A stretch of DNA of 64,000 nucleotides, from NCBI RefSeq assembly GCF_006345805.1, contig NC_043004.1, positions 40,362,001 to 40,426,000 on the forward strand, written 5' to 3'. Both the position numbers and the translations under genes were made by a program. The stretch comes from Octopus sinensis. Its lineage: Eukaryota. The number at the start of each line of letters is the position of its first letter. Position 1 is the first letter of the stretch. Below are positions 1 through 10,292 of the stretch, piece after piece. The notes under the pieces are model-generated. The model saw only the letters and a list, made by a program, of their open reading frames with translations. It made no database searches and was not told where the DNA came from.

Positions 1-374
1 GTTTTATCTCTATTATTATTGTTATGACTTGTGTAATTTAGCCTCACGCCTTGTGTTTTTATATGTACATATAATTCTATAGTTCATCTTAATTATATAT
101 CGTTGTCTCATGTCTTGTGTTAAATATATATTTAATCTTATAGCTTGCCCCTAATTTTATCGATCAGTCTCATGCCTCGTAGATATAGAATAAATGTATT
201 TATAATTTATAGCTCTTTATCGCTCACGCTTCTCCCATAGATTAGGCAAAATTTAGGTATTTATAGCTACTAATAACTATTTCTCTCCTAAGAAAGAAAT
301 GGCTGCCGGTTTTCGCGGTGCACCCGCCCTCCCACCCCCTCCACCTGTACATGAAGTCATCCTTGTCTCCCTTG

Positions 375-504
375 TACACTTCAAAGTCTTACGCCACCCT
401 CACCCCCTACCATAAAAGGTAGTGGTCATTCATTGCAAGATACACTTCAAGTCTTACGCCACCCCACCTCCTTCCATAAAAGGTAGTGGTCAGTCATTGC
501 AAGA
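375..504 (+). repeat. ~65-bp tandem duplication in the RTE 5' UTR
   Basis: TACACTTCAA(A)GTCTTACGCCACCC...CCATAAAAGGTAGTGGTCA.TCATTGCAAGA at 375-440 and 441-504. Confidence 0.9.
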
Positions 505-554
505 TATGTTTAGTGTTGTGTACGCGGTTTGAACTTAAGTTCTATTGTTTGTCT

Positions 555-1514
555 ATGAATCCTGCCAAACGTGAGTTTTCTTTTCAGGTCCATGACGCTA
601 CTAGGGCCAATACCACCACCACCCCCACCCACACCCTCAGGGTTGGCACCCTCAACGTTGGCACACTGAAAGGCAGATCTGGCGAGATCGTTGAATTGCT
701 TGAACGGAGGTGGGTTGATATATGCTGCATTCAAGAAGTGAGGTGGAGAGGAGGTTCTGCTAGGTTCCTCACAGGCAAAGGACAGAGGTACAAGATTTTC
801 TGGGCTGGGAATACTGACGGAGTCGGGGGTGTGGGCATGCTTATCACCGAAAAATGGGTAGATAAGGTAATCGAGGTAGTCAGAGTATGTGACAGAATAA
901 TTAAGATTAGATTAGTGCTCCATCATAGTTTAGCAACTATTATATCGGCCTATGCCCCTCAGCCAGGGCTACCTGATGGACAGAAAGACTGTTTCTATGA
1001 CACCCTACTGCAGACCACATCATTGACGAACGACAGGGACCTTCTCTTTGTGGCTGGTGACTTCAATGGGCATGTTGGACGATGTGCTGGGGGCTTCCAT
1101 GGCGTGCATGGAGGCTATGGTTATGGTTCCCGCAACGAGGAGGGAACCAGGCTGCTGGAGTTCTGCGATGCGAATAGTCTTATGGTTTGCAACACTAACT
1201 TCAGGAAACCGACAAGCCACCTGGTCACCTACCGATCGGGCCAGCATACTAGCCAAATCGACTACATCCTTGCCAGAAAAAGGGAAAGATGGCTGCTTAT
1301 AAATGCCAAAACCTTCCCAGGCGAAGAATGCAACCCACAACATAGACTGGTAGTTAGTGACTTTAGGATCAGGACTAAGAGGGCGACTAGAAGACGACCA
1401 ACATGGAGAAGAAGGGTCTGGAAGCTTAAAGACCCTGCGAATGGACAGAGATTTAGAGACATGTTACTTGAAGCCTTTGACGAAATGGAAGGGGGTATAG
1501 CTACGCATGGGTAG
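555..1514 (+). pseudogene. RTE ORF, apurinic-type endonuclease domain (ends at a -1 frameshift)
   Basis: LRVGTLNVGTL, CCIQEVRWRG, VAGDFNGHVG, SQIDYIL and HRLVVSDF motifs; in-frame ATG at 555. Confidence 0.92.
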
Positions 1515-1575
1515 AAGACAACTGGACGCTTCTGAGGGACAACCTGCTGAAAGCCACTGACCAGATCTGTGGCTG

Positions 1576-2802
1576 GTGCAAAGTCCCCTTAAGACCAAAA
1601 TAACGTGGTGGTGGAACAATATTGTTGACAGGGCTATTAGACAAAAGAAACAGGCTTGGAAGGCCTGGAAGAACGGTGGTAGCAGGGAAGTGTATCAGAC
1701 TGCCAGAAGGGAAGCTAGGAGACAGGTCTATCTAGCCAGAGGGGAGGCAGATAAAGAAAAATTTGCCATGTCCTGCGCCATGAGGATGAAAGACTTGAGG
1801 TATTTCGTGTTGCAAGAGTGTGTGAGAGAGAATCGTGACGTGGTAGGAGAGAAATGTGTTCGCAAGGATGACGGTTCACTTGCGCTAAATGAGGATGCAA
1901 AGAGAGAGGCTTGGAGACGCCACTATGAAAGGTTGCTGAATGAGGAAAATGAATGGGATAAAGAGAGTCTGCTGAATGTCGACCCAACAGAGGGACCAGC
2001 AATCCAAGTTAACAGTTCCTTAGTAGATAAGGCAATTAGAAGCATGAAAACAGGGAAAGCCCCAGGCCCATCAGGAATTACTGCAGAGATGCTCAAAATA
2101 TCTGGTAGTGTCGGCTATAGCTTAGTCATCCGTATAGTTAACCAGGTGATACACGAAGGAGTCATACCCAATGACTGGTGTAGCAGCATAATAGTCAACT
2201 GCTACAAAGGTAAAGGCGATGCCCTAGATACAAATAACTACAGGGGCATCAAGCTGCTGGATCAGGTAATGAAGGTTACGGAGAGGGTTATAGCCCAATT
2301 AATTAGAGAGAGAGTTAGCTTAGATGATATGCAGTTTGGGTTCATGCCAGGGAAAAGTACTACTGATGCTATATTCCTGGTAAGGCAGCTGCAGGAGAAA
2401 TACCTAGCCAAAGATAAGCCCTTGTACCTGGCTTTTGTTGACTTGGAGAAAGCCTTTGACAGGGTCCCCCGATCCCTTATCTGGTGGTCAATGAGGAAAC
2501 TAGGGATAGATGAATGGTTGGTGAGAGCTGTGCAAGCCATGTACAGAGACGCTGCTAGTAAGGTGAGGGTTGGCAATGAGTACAGTGAAGAATTCCGGGT
2601 AGAGGTTGGGGTCCACCAAGGTTCAGTCCTCAGTCCCCTCCTATTTATCATAGTCCTCCAGGCAATAACGGAGGAATTCAAGACAGGATGCCCCTGGGAG
2701 CTCCTCTATGCTGATGACCTTGCTCTAATTGCTGAGTCACTATCAGAACTGGAGGAGAAGTTTCAGGTGTGGGAAACAAGGATTAGAATCGAAGGGCCTT
2801 AG
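1576..2802 (+). pseudogene. RTE ORF, reverse transcriptase domain
   Basis: KAPGPSG, NYRGIKLL, QFGFMPGKSTTDAIF, FVDLEKAFDRVP, GVHQGSVLSPLLF, LLYADDL; frameshift near 2771. Confidence 0.95.
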
Positions 2803-3640
2803 AATCAACCTAGCCAAAACCAAAGTCCTAATAAGTAGGAAGGTGGACCAATCACAAACGACTTCAGGTAGATGGCCCTGCTCGATCTGTAAAAAAGGTG
2901 TAGGTAGAAACTCTATAAGGTGCACCAAGTGTAAGCTATGGACACATAAGAGGTGCAGCAATGTCAAAGGTAGGCTAACTAGGAAAATAGTTTTTGTCTG
3001 TGGCAGATGCTCAGGAGCAATAAACACTGGAAATGTGCAGAGACCAACTCTACCACGTTCCAGGGAGACAAACTAGAAGTAGTTTGATAGCTTCCGCTAC
3101 CTAGGAGACCAAGTCAGTAGCAGGGGTGGGTGTGCTGAAAGTGTAACTGCTAGAGTAAGAATAGCCTGGGCAAAGTTTAGAGAGCTCTTACCCCTGCTGG
3201 TGACAAAAGGCCTCTCGCTCAGAGTAAAAGGCAGACTGTATGATGCATGTGTATGTACAGCCATGCTACATGGTAGTGAAACATGGGCCGTGACTGCTCG
3301 CAAGAAATGAAGCCAGTATGCTCCGATGGATGTGTAATGTCAGTGTTCATAATCGACAGAGTGTAAGTACCTTGAGAGAAAAGTTGAACCTAAGAAGCGT
3401 CAGCTGTGGTGTGCAAGAGAGACGGCTGCACTGGTATGGTCATGTGACGAGAATGGCTGAAGATAGTTGTGTGCAAAAGTGCTACACCCTAGCTTGAGGG
3501 AACCTGTGGAAGAGGTAGACCCAGGAAACCTGGGACGAGGTGGTGAAGCACGACCTTCGAACTTTAGGTCTCACTAAGGAAATGACTAGAGACCGAGACC
3601 TATGGAAATATGCTGTGCGTGAGAAGACCCGGCAAGACTA
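2771..3640 (+). pseudogene. RTE ORF C-terminus: PHD-like finger and post-RT region, several indels
   Basis: WPCSICKKGVGRNSIRCTKCKLWTHKRC...CGRC, then FRYLGD, AMLHGSETW, WYGHV, GRGRPRK in shifting frames. Confidence 0.88.
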
Positions 3641-3809
3641 GTCAGGCCATAACCCGTGGCCCCTACCTGGGACGTAGTCAGTCCACCTGTGCATACCTTC
3701 CTTCTTGTGAGACTTGTGAAGACCTGTTGAGGCAAGTGAAAATCAACAAATCAAAAAATCAAAATCAAAACAAATCAAAATAGATGAACATCAATGGAAT
3801 TTGTATCTC

Positions 3810-4405
3810 TGTGGTGCCGGTGGCACACAAGAAAACCATCCGAACGTGGCTGTAGCCAGTACCGCATCGACTGGCCTCCGTGCTGTGGGACATAACAAAC
3901 ACCATCGATCGTGGCCGTTCGCAGCCTCATTGGCACCTGTGTCGGTGCACATAAAAACACCATCCGAAGACCCAGCAAGACTAGTCAGGCCATAACCGTG
4001 GCCCTTACCTGGGACGTAGTCAGTCCACCTGTGCATACCTTCCTTCTTATGACACTTGTGAAGACCTGTTGAGGCAAGTGAAAATCAAAAAATCAAAATA
4101 GATGAACATCAATGGAATTTGATCTTTGTGGTACCAGGCCGGTGGCACACAAGAAAACCATCCGAATGTGGCCATAGCCAGTACCGCATCGACTGGCCTC
4201 CGTGCTGTGGGCACGTAACAAACACCATCCGATCGTGGCCGTTCGCCAGCCTCATCTGGCACTTGTGTCGGTGGCGCAATAAAAACACCATCCGAGCGTG
4301 GCCGTCTGCCAGCCTCGTTTGGCACCTGTCGGTGGCACATAAAAACACCATCCGAGTGTGGCCGTCGCCAGCCTCGTCTGGCACCTGTGTCGGTGGCACA
4401 TAAAA
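3810..4405 (+). repeat. ~55-62-bp VNTR units in the RTE-A 3' UTR, interrupted by a duplicated UTR block
   Basis: repeated GTGGCAC.TAAAA.CACCATCCGA.CGTGGCCGT.GCCAGCCTC. Confidence 0.85.
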
Positions 4406-4593
4406 TCATCCACTACACTCTCGGAGTGGTTGGCATTAGGAAGGTAATCTAGCTGTAGAAACACTGCCAGATCTGACTGGCCTGGTGCAGCCTTCGGGCT
4501 CCCCAGACCCCAGTTGAACTGTCCAACCCATGCTAGCATGGAAAGCGGACGTTAAATGATGATGATGATGATGATGATATATATATATATATA

Positions 4594-5012
4594 GGCACAG
4601 GAGTGGCTGTGTGGTAAGTAGCTTGCTAACCAACCACATGGTTCCGGGTTCAGTCCCACTGCATGGCATCTTGGGCAAGTGTCTTCTGCTATAGCCCTGG
4701 GCCGACCAATGCCTTGTGAGCGGATTTGGTAGACGGAAACTGAAAGAAGCCTGTTGTATATATGTATATATATGTGTGTGTGTGTGTGTGTGCTTGTGTG
4801 TCTGGGTTTGTCCCCCTAGCATTGCTTGACAACCGATGCTGGTGTGTTTACGTCCCCGTCACTTAGCGAGACCGATAGAATAAGTACTGGGCTTACATAG
4901 AATAAGTCCCGGGGTCGATTTGCTTGACTAAAGATGGTGCTTGACTAAAGATGGTGCTCCAGCATGGCCACAGTCAAATGACTGAAACAAGTAAAAGAGT
5001 AAAAGAGTAAAA
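4594..5012 (+). mobile_element. tRNA-derived SINE-A (resembles the octopus OK SINE from memory), full length
   Basis: GGAGTGGCTGTGTGGT head, B-box-like GGTTCAGTCC, central (TA)/(TG)n, (GTAAAAGA)n tail; many copies in the window. Confidence 0.85.
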
Positions 5013-5039
5013 GATATTAATATTATATATATATATATA

Positions 5040-5076
<37 letters not shown>

Positions 5077-5081
<5 letters not shown>

Positions 5082-5342
5082 GAGGGAAACCACTATGTGG
5101 ACACCCATATATGAATATATATATATACATACATAAATATACATCACACACACACAGATACATGCACATACCCACACATACACACAGATACCTCTCTCTC
5201 TTACACCCTCCTATCTTAGAAAGAACTTTTTCTTCACCCATTCCCTTCTGGATCATTGGTGATTCTTTTCCTCCGTCTTCCTTTTCTCTTGGACTTTTCC
5301 CTGTTTCTGATGAAGAGCTTTGCTCGAAACATAAAAATACCT
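5077..5342 (+). mobile_element. (TA)n-flanked short repeat, probably Penelope-terminal-repeat-derived, with a hammerhead-like core
   Basis: starts AATTAGAGGGAAACCACTA; contains CTGATGAAGAGCTTTGCTCGAAAC at 5307-5330. Confidence 0.5.
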
Positions 5343-5345
5343 TCA

Positions 5346-5417
<72 letters not shown>

Positions 5418-5494
5418 ATATTGTATAACCATATATGTATAACCATATATAAATATATATAGATACCCTTATATATAAACCTATATATATATAA

Positions 5495-6001
5495 AATCGA
5501 AGTCGATCAACATCAATGGAAATTGCAGCTGTGATACCAGTGCCGGTGACAAGTAAGCGAACCATCCGATCATGGCCGCAGCCAGCTCCGCTCCAACTGG
5601 CCTCCGTGCCGGTGGCACGTAAAAAGCACCATCCGTTCGTGGCCGTTGCCAGCCTCACCTGGCCCCCATGCCGGTGGGACGTAGCACCATCCGTTCGTGG
5701 CCGTTGCCAGCCTCGCCTGGCCCTCGTGCCGGTGGCACGTAAAAGCACCATCCGTTTGTGGCCATTGCCAGCCTTGCCTGGCCCCCGTACCGGTGGCATG
5801 TAAAAAGCACCATCCGATCGTGGTCATTGCCAGCCTCGCCTGGCCCCCGTGCCAGTGGCACATAAAAAGCACCATCCGTCCGTGGCCGTTTGCCAGCTCC
5901 GTCTGGCACCTGTGCGGGTGGCATGTAAAAAGCACCCCAGTTTGAACCGTCCAACCCATGCTAGCATGGAAAGCGGACGCTAAATGATGATGATGATGAT
6001 G

Positions 6002-6003
<2 letters not shown>
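5495..6003 (+). mobile_element. RTE-A 3' fragment: VNTR (~6 units) plus internally deleted terminal domain
   Basis: AAATCGAAGTCGATCAACATCAATGG linker, 61-bp units, CCATGCTAGCATGG, (GAT)n tail. Confidence 0.85.
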
Positions 6004-6032
<29 letters not shown>

Positions 6033-6082
6033 CATACACATATATGTATATACCTATATATATATATAGGTATATATATATA

Positions 6083-6428
6083 TGAAGGCGCATGGCTCAG
6101 TGGTTAGAGCGTCGAGCTTACGATCGTGAGGTTGTGAGCTCGAATCCCGGACCGGGCTGCGTGTTGTGTTCTTGAGCAAAACACTTTATTTCACGTTGCT
6201 CGAGTTCACTCAGCTGTAGAAATGAGTTGCGACGTCACTGGTGCCAAGCTGTATCGGCCTTTGTCTTTCCCTTGGATAACACTGGTGACGTGGAGAGGGG
6301 AGGCTGGTATGCATGGGCAACTGCTGGTCTTCCATAAACAACCTTGCCCGGACTTGTGACTGGGAGGGTAACTCTCTAGGTGCAAACCCATGGTCACCCA
6401 TGACCGAAGGGGGTCTTTACCTTTACCT
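6083..6428 (+). mobile_element. tRNA-derived SINE with a CORE-like central domain
   Basis: A box TGGCTCAGTGG, B-box-like GCTCGAATCC, CTTGAGCAAAACACTT...TCAGCTGTAGAAATGAG core, CTTTAC tail, inserted in (TA)n. Confidence 0.8.
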
Positions 6429-6429
<1 letters not shown>

Positions 6430-6459
<30 letters not shown>

Positions 6460-6485
6460 GTATATACACACACACACACACACAC

Positions 6486-6526
<41 letters not shown>

Positions 6527-6570
6527 TATATATATACACCTATATATATATATATATTTATATATATATG

Positions 6571-6608
<38 letters not shown>

Positions 6609-6747
6609 ATGGTTGTACCTCCAACCGTGCTGTTTACTGCTGTGATTTTTGCTACTAAGGTATCGGTTAAACTTTTGATTAATCTACTACAAGATTATTC
6701 ATCTTTCTATTTCACATAATATATATATGTGTGTGTGGTGTGGTGTG

Positions 6748-6778
<31 letters not shown>

Positions 6779-6801
6779 TGTGGTGTGTGTGTGTGTGTGT
6801 G

Positions 6802-6835
<34 letters not shown>

Positions 6836-6915
6836 CAAGACATATATCTTTATCTATATATGTATAAATATATATATAGTTGTATGTGTACACACACACA
6901 CACACACACACAGAG
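6430..6915. repeat. compound (TA)n/(CA)n/(TG)n microsatellites
   Basis: direct inspection. Confidence 0.95.
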
Positions 6916-7197
6916 GCAAAGTTTAAATAGATAAGCAAAATGCATGCATCCCTGCATTATGTATATAGGACTTGACATGGAATTATTTTTGTTTGGTATC
7001 ACTAATATTTTCTAGACTTTTACCTTTTTTTTTATTTCTTTTAGTTCTTTCGCTTTATTGATCGTGTCTATGTAATTTCAGAGAATAAATAATTCAGAAA
7101 AGCCATCTGCATGAGAAAAACAACAACCAGGCTGGTGTTGACATATTTGATCTGGGGTGCATTAAAAAGTAAACTAGAAGTAATTACGTGGCAAGAA

Positions 7198-7238
7198 CAA
7201 AAACAACAACAACAACAATAATAATGATGATGATGATG

Positions 7239-7279
<41 letters not shown>

Positions 7280-7352
7280 CATAATAATAATAATTGGAAA
7301 TTGGTGTTGGAAGGAAATGGAAACAAAATTGAAGGAAGAAAAGCTAATAATG

Positions 7353-7400
<48 letters not shown>

Positions 7401-7866
7401 TAATAATAATGATAATAATAATGATGATGATGAGATGATGATGATGATAATAATAATAACAATAATAATAATAATAATAATTATAATAATAATAATAATA
7501 ATAATAATAATGGAAATTGGTGTTGGAAGGAAATGGAAACAAAATTGAAGGAAGAAAAGCTAATAATGATAATAATATAATAATAATAATAATAATATAA
7601 TAATATAATAATAATAATATAATAATAATGATAATAATAATGATGATGATGATGATGATGATGATGATAATAATAATAACAATAATAATAATAATAATAA
7701 TTATAATAATATAATAATAATAATAATAATGATAATAATAATGATGATGATGATGATAAATAATAATAATAATAATAATAATAACAATAATAACAATAAT
7801 AATAATGATAATAATGATAATAATAATAATAATATAATCATAATGATGATATAAAATAATAATAAC

Positions 7867-7909
<43 letters not shown>

Positions 7910-7949
7910 TAATGACGATAATAATAATCATAACAACGACGACGATGAC

Positions 7950-7984
<35 letters not shown>

Positions 7985-7985
7985 G
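7198..7985. repeat. (AAT)n/(GAT)n array with a duplicated 55-bp unique core
   Basis: GGAAATTGGTGTTGGAAGG...GAAAAGC at ~7296 and ~7512. Confidence 0.95.
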
Positions 7986-8254
7986 ATAAATGAAAATGAT
8001 ATTAATTAGTCATTAGACAAATACAGTTTTCTTTTTAATTTTCTTTGTTGTAAGTTTTGTTTTCTAATTAGCTTTTTAATGGTCACTGCTTTATATATTT
8101 CTAACTCAAATTTAACCCTGGTTTCTATTTAAATTGGCTGATTTCAATTATTATTTTTGAATGAACATCTTTGGAATTGAGGGCAGCCCTTGTTAGCATT
8201 AGATTTTTGTTTCCAATGGAAAGATGACACAAGCTAGATTTACAATATCCAATT

Positions 8255-8830
8255 AGAGAAAGGAAAGTGTGGCCGCACTGTAACCAGCCACTGCCACCTC
8301 TACATGGGCTAAATCATCTTATAGAACCTGATATCGAATTCCAGATTGGGGACATCAGGGAGAGAGAGGTGAATGAATTCATAAGAAAAGCTAGAGCAAA
8401 GTGTGCCCCAGGAGGTGATGGTGTCTCATGTGAAGACGCAGGCTGGAAAGCGGAATATTTTCCAATCGAAGTCGGATGTAGAGGGTTCATTGGACACAGT
8501 GTGAGACGACTGTTGTTATTGCTAGGCCTAACTCATCGTAAAGTCAATACCACCATGACTGATATCCAATCTACAGTGGAGAAGGCTAGCCACTGGATTT
8601 GGTTAAAAGGAGACGATGAGCGATGGCTAGAAGGATATTGAGCTTTATTTGATAACCAGCTGATCTAGCAAGCAGGGCCTCATATCAGTGAGGGGGGGGG
8701 GGGGGTCAGTGCACATTGATGCCGTCAAGAGGTAGGGCCCGAAACGGCACGCATTCTCTCCTGATGACCCCATACACTTGCTGGCTTCCGGTATACAGAG
8801 TTATTGACTGGTAGCACTTGCATGTGCAAG
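8255..8830 (+). mobile_element. internally deleted HERO-like (RLE-type) non-LTR retrotransposon
   Basis: ORF 8267-8641 joins pre-RT RKARAKCAPGGDGVS to RLE C-terminal PIEVGCRGF...VEKASHWIWLK; 3' UTR has CCCGAAAC...CTGATGACCCC. Confidence 0.72.
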
Positions 8831-8976
8831 TTGTTTGCAAGACACAACCGAGGAAATTTATTTTTCATGGCTTCCTTAGCAACATTATAGGCCTCGGTAA
8901 GGTATCTAGAAGGGTTATAACGGATGATGTTGAAGATGATGATGAGGAGGAGTAGAGAGAGCAGGAGTAGGTGGAG

Positions 8977-9195
8977 GAAGGCAGCGAGCTGGCTGAAACA
9001 TTAGCATGATGAGCGAAATGCTTAGTGGTATTTTGTCTGTCTTTACGATCTGAGTTCAAATTCTGCTGAGGTCGACTTTGCCTTTCATCTTTTCAGGGGT
9101 CAATAAATTAAGTACCAGTTGCATACTGGGGTCGATCTAATCGACTGGCCCCCTCCCCCAAAATTTCAGGCCTTGTGCCTAGAGTCGAAAAGGAG
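8977..9195 (+). mobile_element. tRNA-related SINE-B (resembles octopus OR-type SINEs from memory)
   Basis: GGCAGCGAGCTGGC head, GAGTTCAAATTC B box, GTCGACTTTGCCTTTCATC, AAGTACCAGTTG. Confidence 0.8.
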
Positions 9196-9294
9196 GAGGA
9201 GGAGGAGGAGAATGATGACAACAATGAAGATGATAACAACTAGGATAATGATGATGACGATGAAGATAGCCATATAGTATTCATTTATTGATGG

Positions 9295-9990
9295 TAGACC
9301 CAGGAGGATGTGGGATGAAGTGGAGAGAATGGATCTTCAGATGCTGGGCCTCACTGAGACAAGGGACTGGGAGTTGTGGTGACTTGCTGAACTTGAGAAG
9401 ACATGTCAAACTACGTAAAATCTCATCTCTCCATACATACAGGCATGTTCTTTAGGGCCATGTCCCCCACTCCCTTTTCCTGCTGAGAGGTCTTTATCCT
9501 GCAGGCACCAGTGTCATGTAAAATGCATCTGTGCCACTGTCACATAAGATGCGTCCGTGTCAGTGGCACGTAAAAAGCACCATCCGATCATGGCCGTTTG
9601 CCAACCTCGTCTGTCACCTGTGCCGGTGGCACGTAAAAAGCACCCACTACACTCACGGAGTGGTTGGCGTTAGGAAGGGCATCCAGCTGTAGAAACTCTG
9701 CCAGATCAGAGTGGGCCCGGTGCAGCCTTCTGGCTTCCCAGACCCCAGTTTGAACCATCCAAACCATGCTAGTATGGAAAGCAGATACTAAACGATGATG
9801 ATGATGATGATGTGCTGCTGGCAGGACATAAACAGCACCCAGCACACTCTGGTGCTTGGAAGGGCATCCAGTCATGGAAACCATATCAAAAGAGACAATT
9901 GGAGTCTGGCCAGCTCCTGTCAAACCATCCAGCCCACGTCAGCAAGAAAAATGAACATCAAACGATGAAGATGATGATAATGATGATGGT
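9295..9990 (+). mobile_element. older RTE-A-like 3' fragment with VNTR units and two terminal domains
   Basis: GGTAGACCCAGGA...GAGAAGAC ORF end, VNTR units, GGAAGGGCATCCAG domain twice, (GAT)n tails. Confidence 0.7.
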
Positions 9991-10079
9991 GATGATGATA
10001 ATTGAGTCACAGCATACATAGATCAGATTTGGGCCCCTAGACCTAAGAGGATACCAGATTACTGCTTAATATGCCCATG

Positions 10080-10292
10080 TCTTAAGATAGCATTGCTTGT
10101 TCTGCTAGAAGTAGCAGCAAAATATCCCTCAAATCACATCTGATTGTCCTAGAAGAGAATAGATTATATTTGATGAATGAGTCCTTGATACACTAGACTG
10201 AATAAAAACAAAAAAGAAGGTATGTCACGGTTGGAAATCTTTTGATCATGGTTCAGTCCAGTCAGGGCTGACCATGACTAAACAACAACAGT
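10080..10292 (+). repeat. unclassified dispersed repeat with an (AAC)n tail
   Basis: AGCAGCAAAATATCCCTCAAATCAC...CAGGGCTGACC...AAACAACAAC; related copies near 17645 and 24110-24350. Confidence 0.55.

Larger units (their letters stand above)
1..4578 (+). mobile_element. RTE-clade LINE (RTE-A copy 1), near full length, frameshifted; 5' boundary uncertain and may lie before the window
   Basis: APE + RT(YADD) + C-terminal RTE motifs in order, then 3' UTR, VNTR, terminal domain and (GAT)n tail ending ~4578. Confidence 0.92.

Noticed and set aside
510-3303. Antisense and alternate-frame ORFs over the RTE copies (e.g. 1020-1343, 2262-2681, 20099-20455)
   Set aside because: Shadow frames of the RT/APE coding sequence with no independent motifs.
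6083-6175. tRNA gene (also 17480-17558, 59095-59171, 63784-63860)
   Set aside because: A and B boxes are present but run on into SINE bodies and tails; no clean cloverleaf followed by a terminator.
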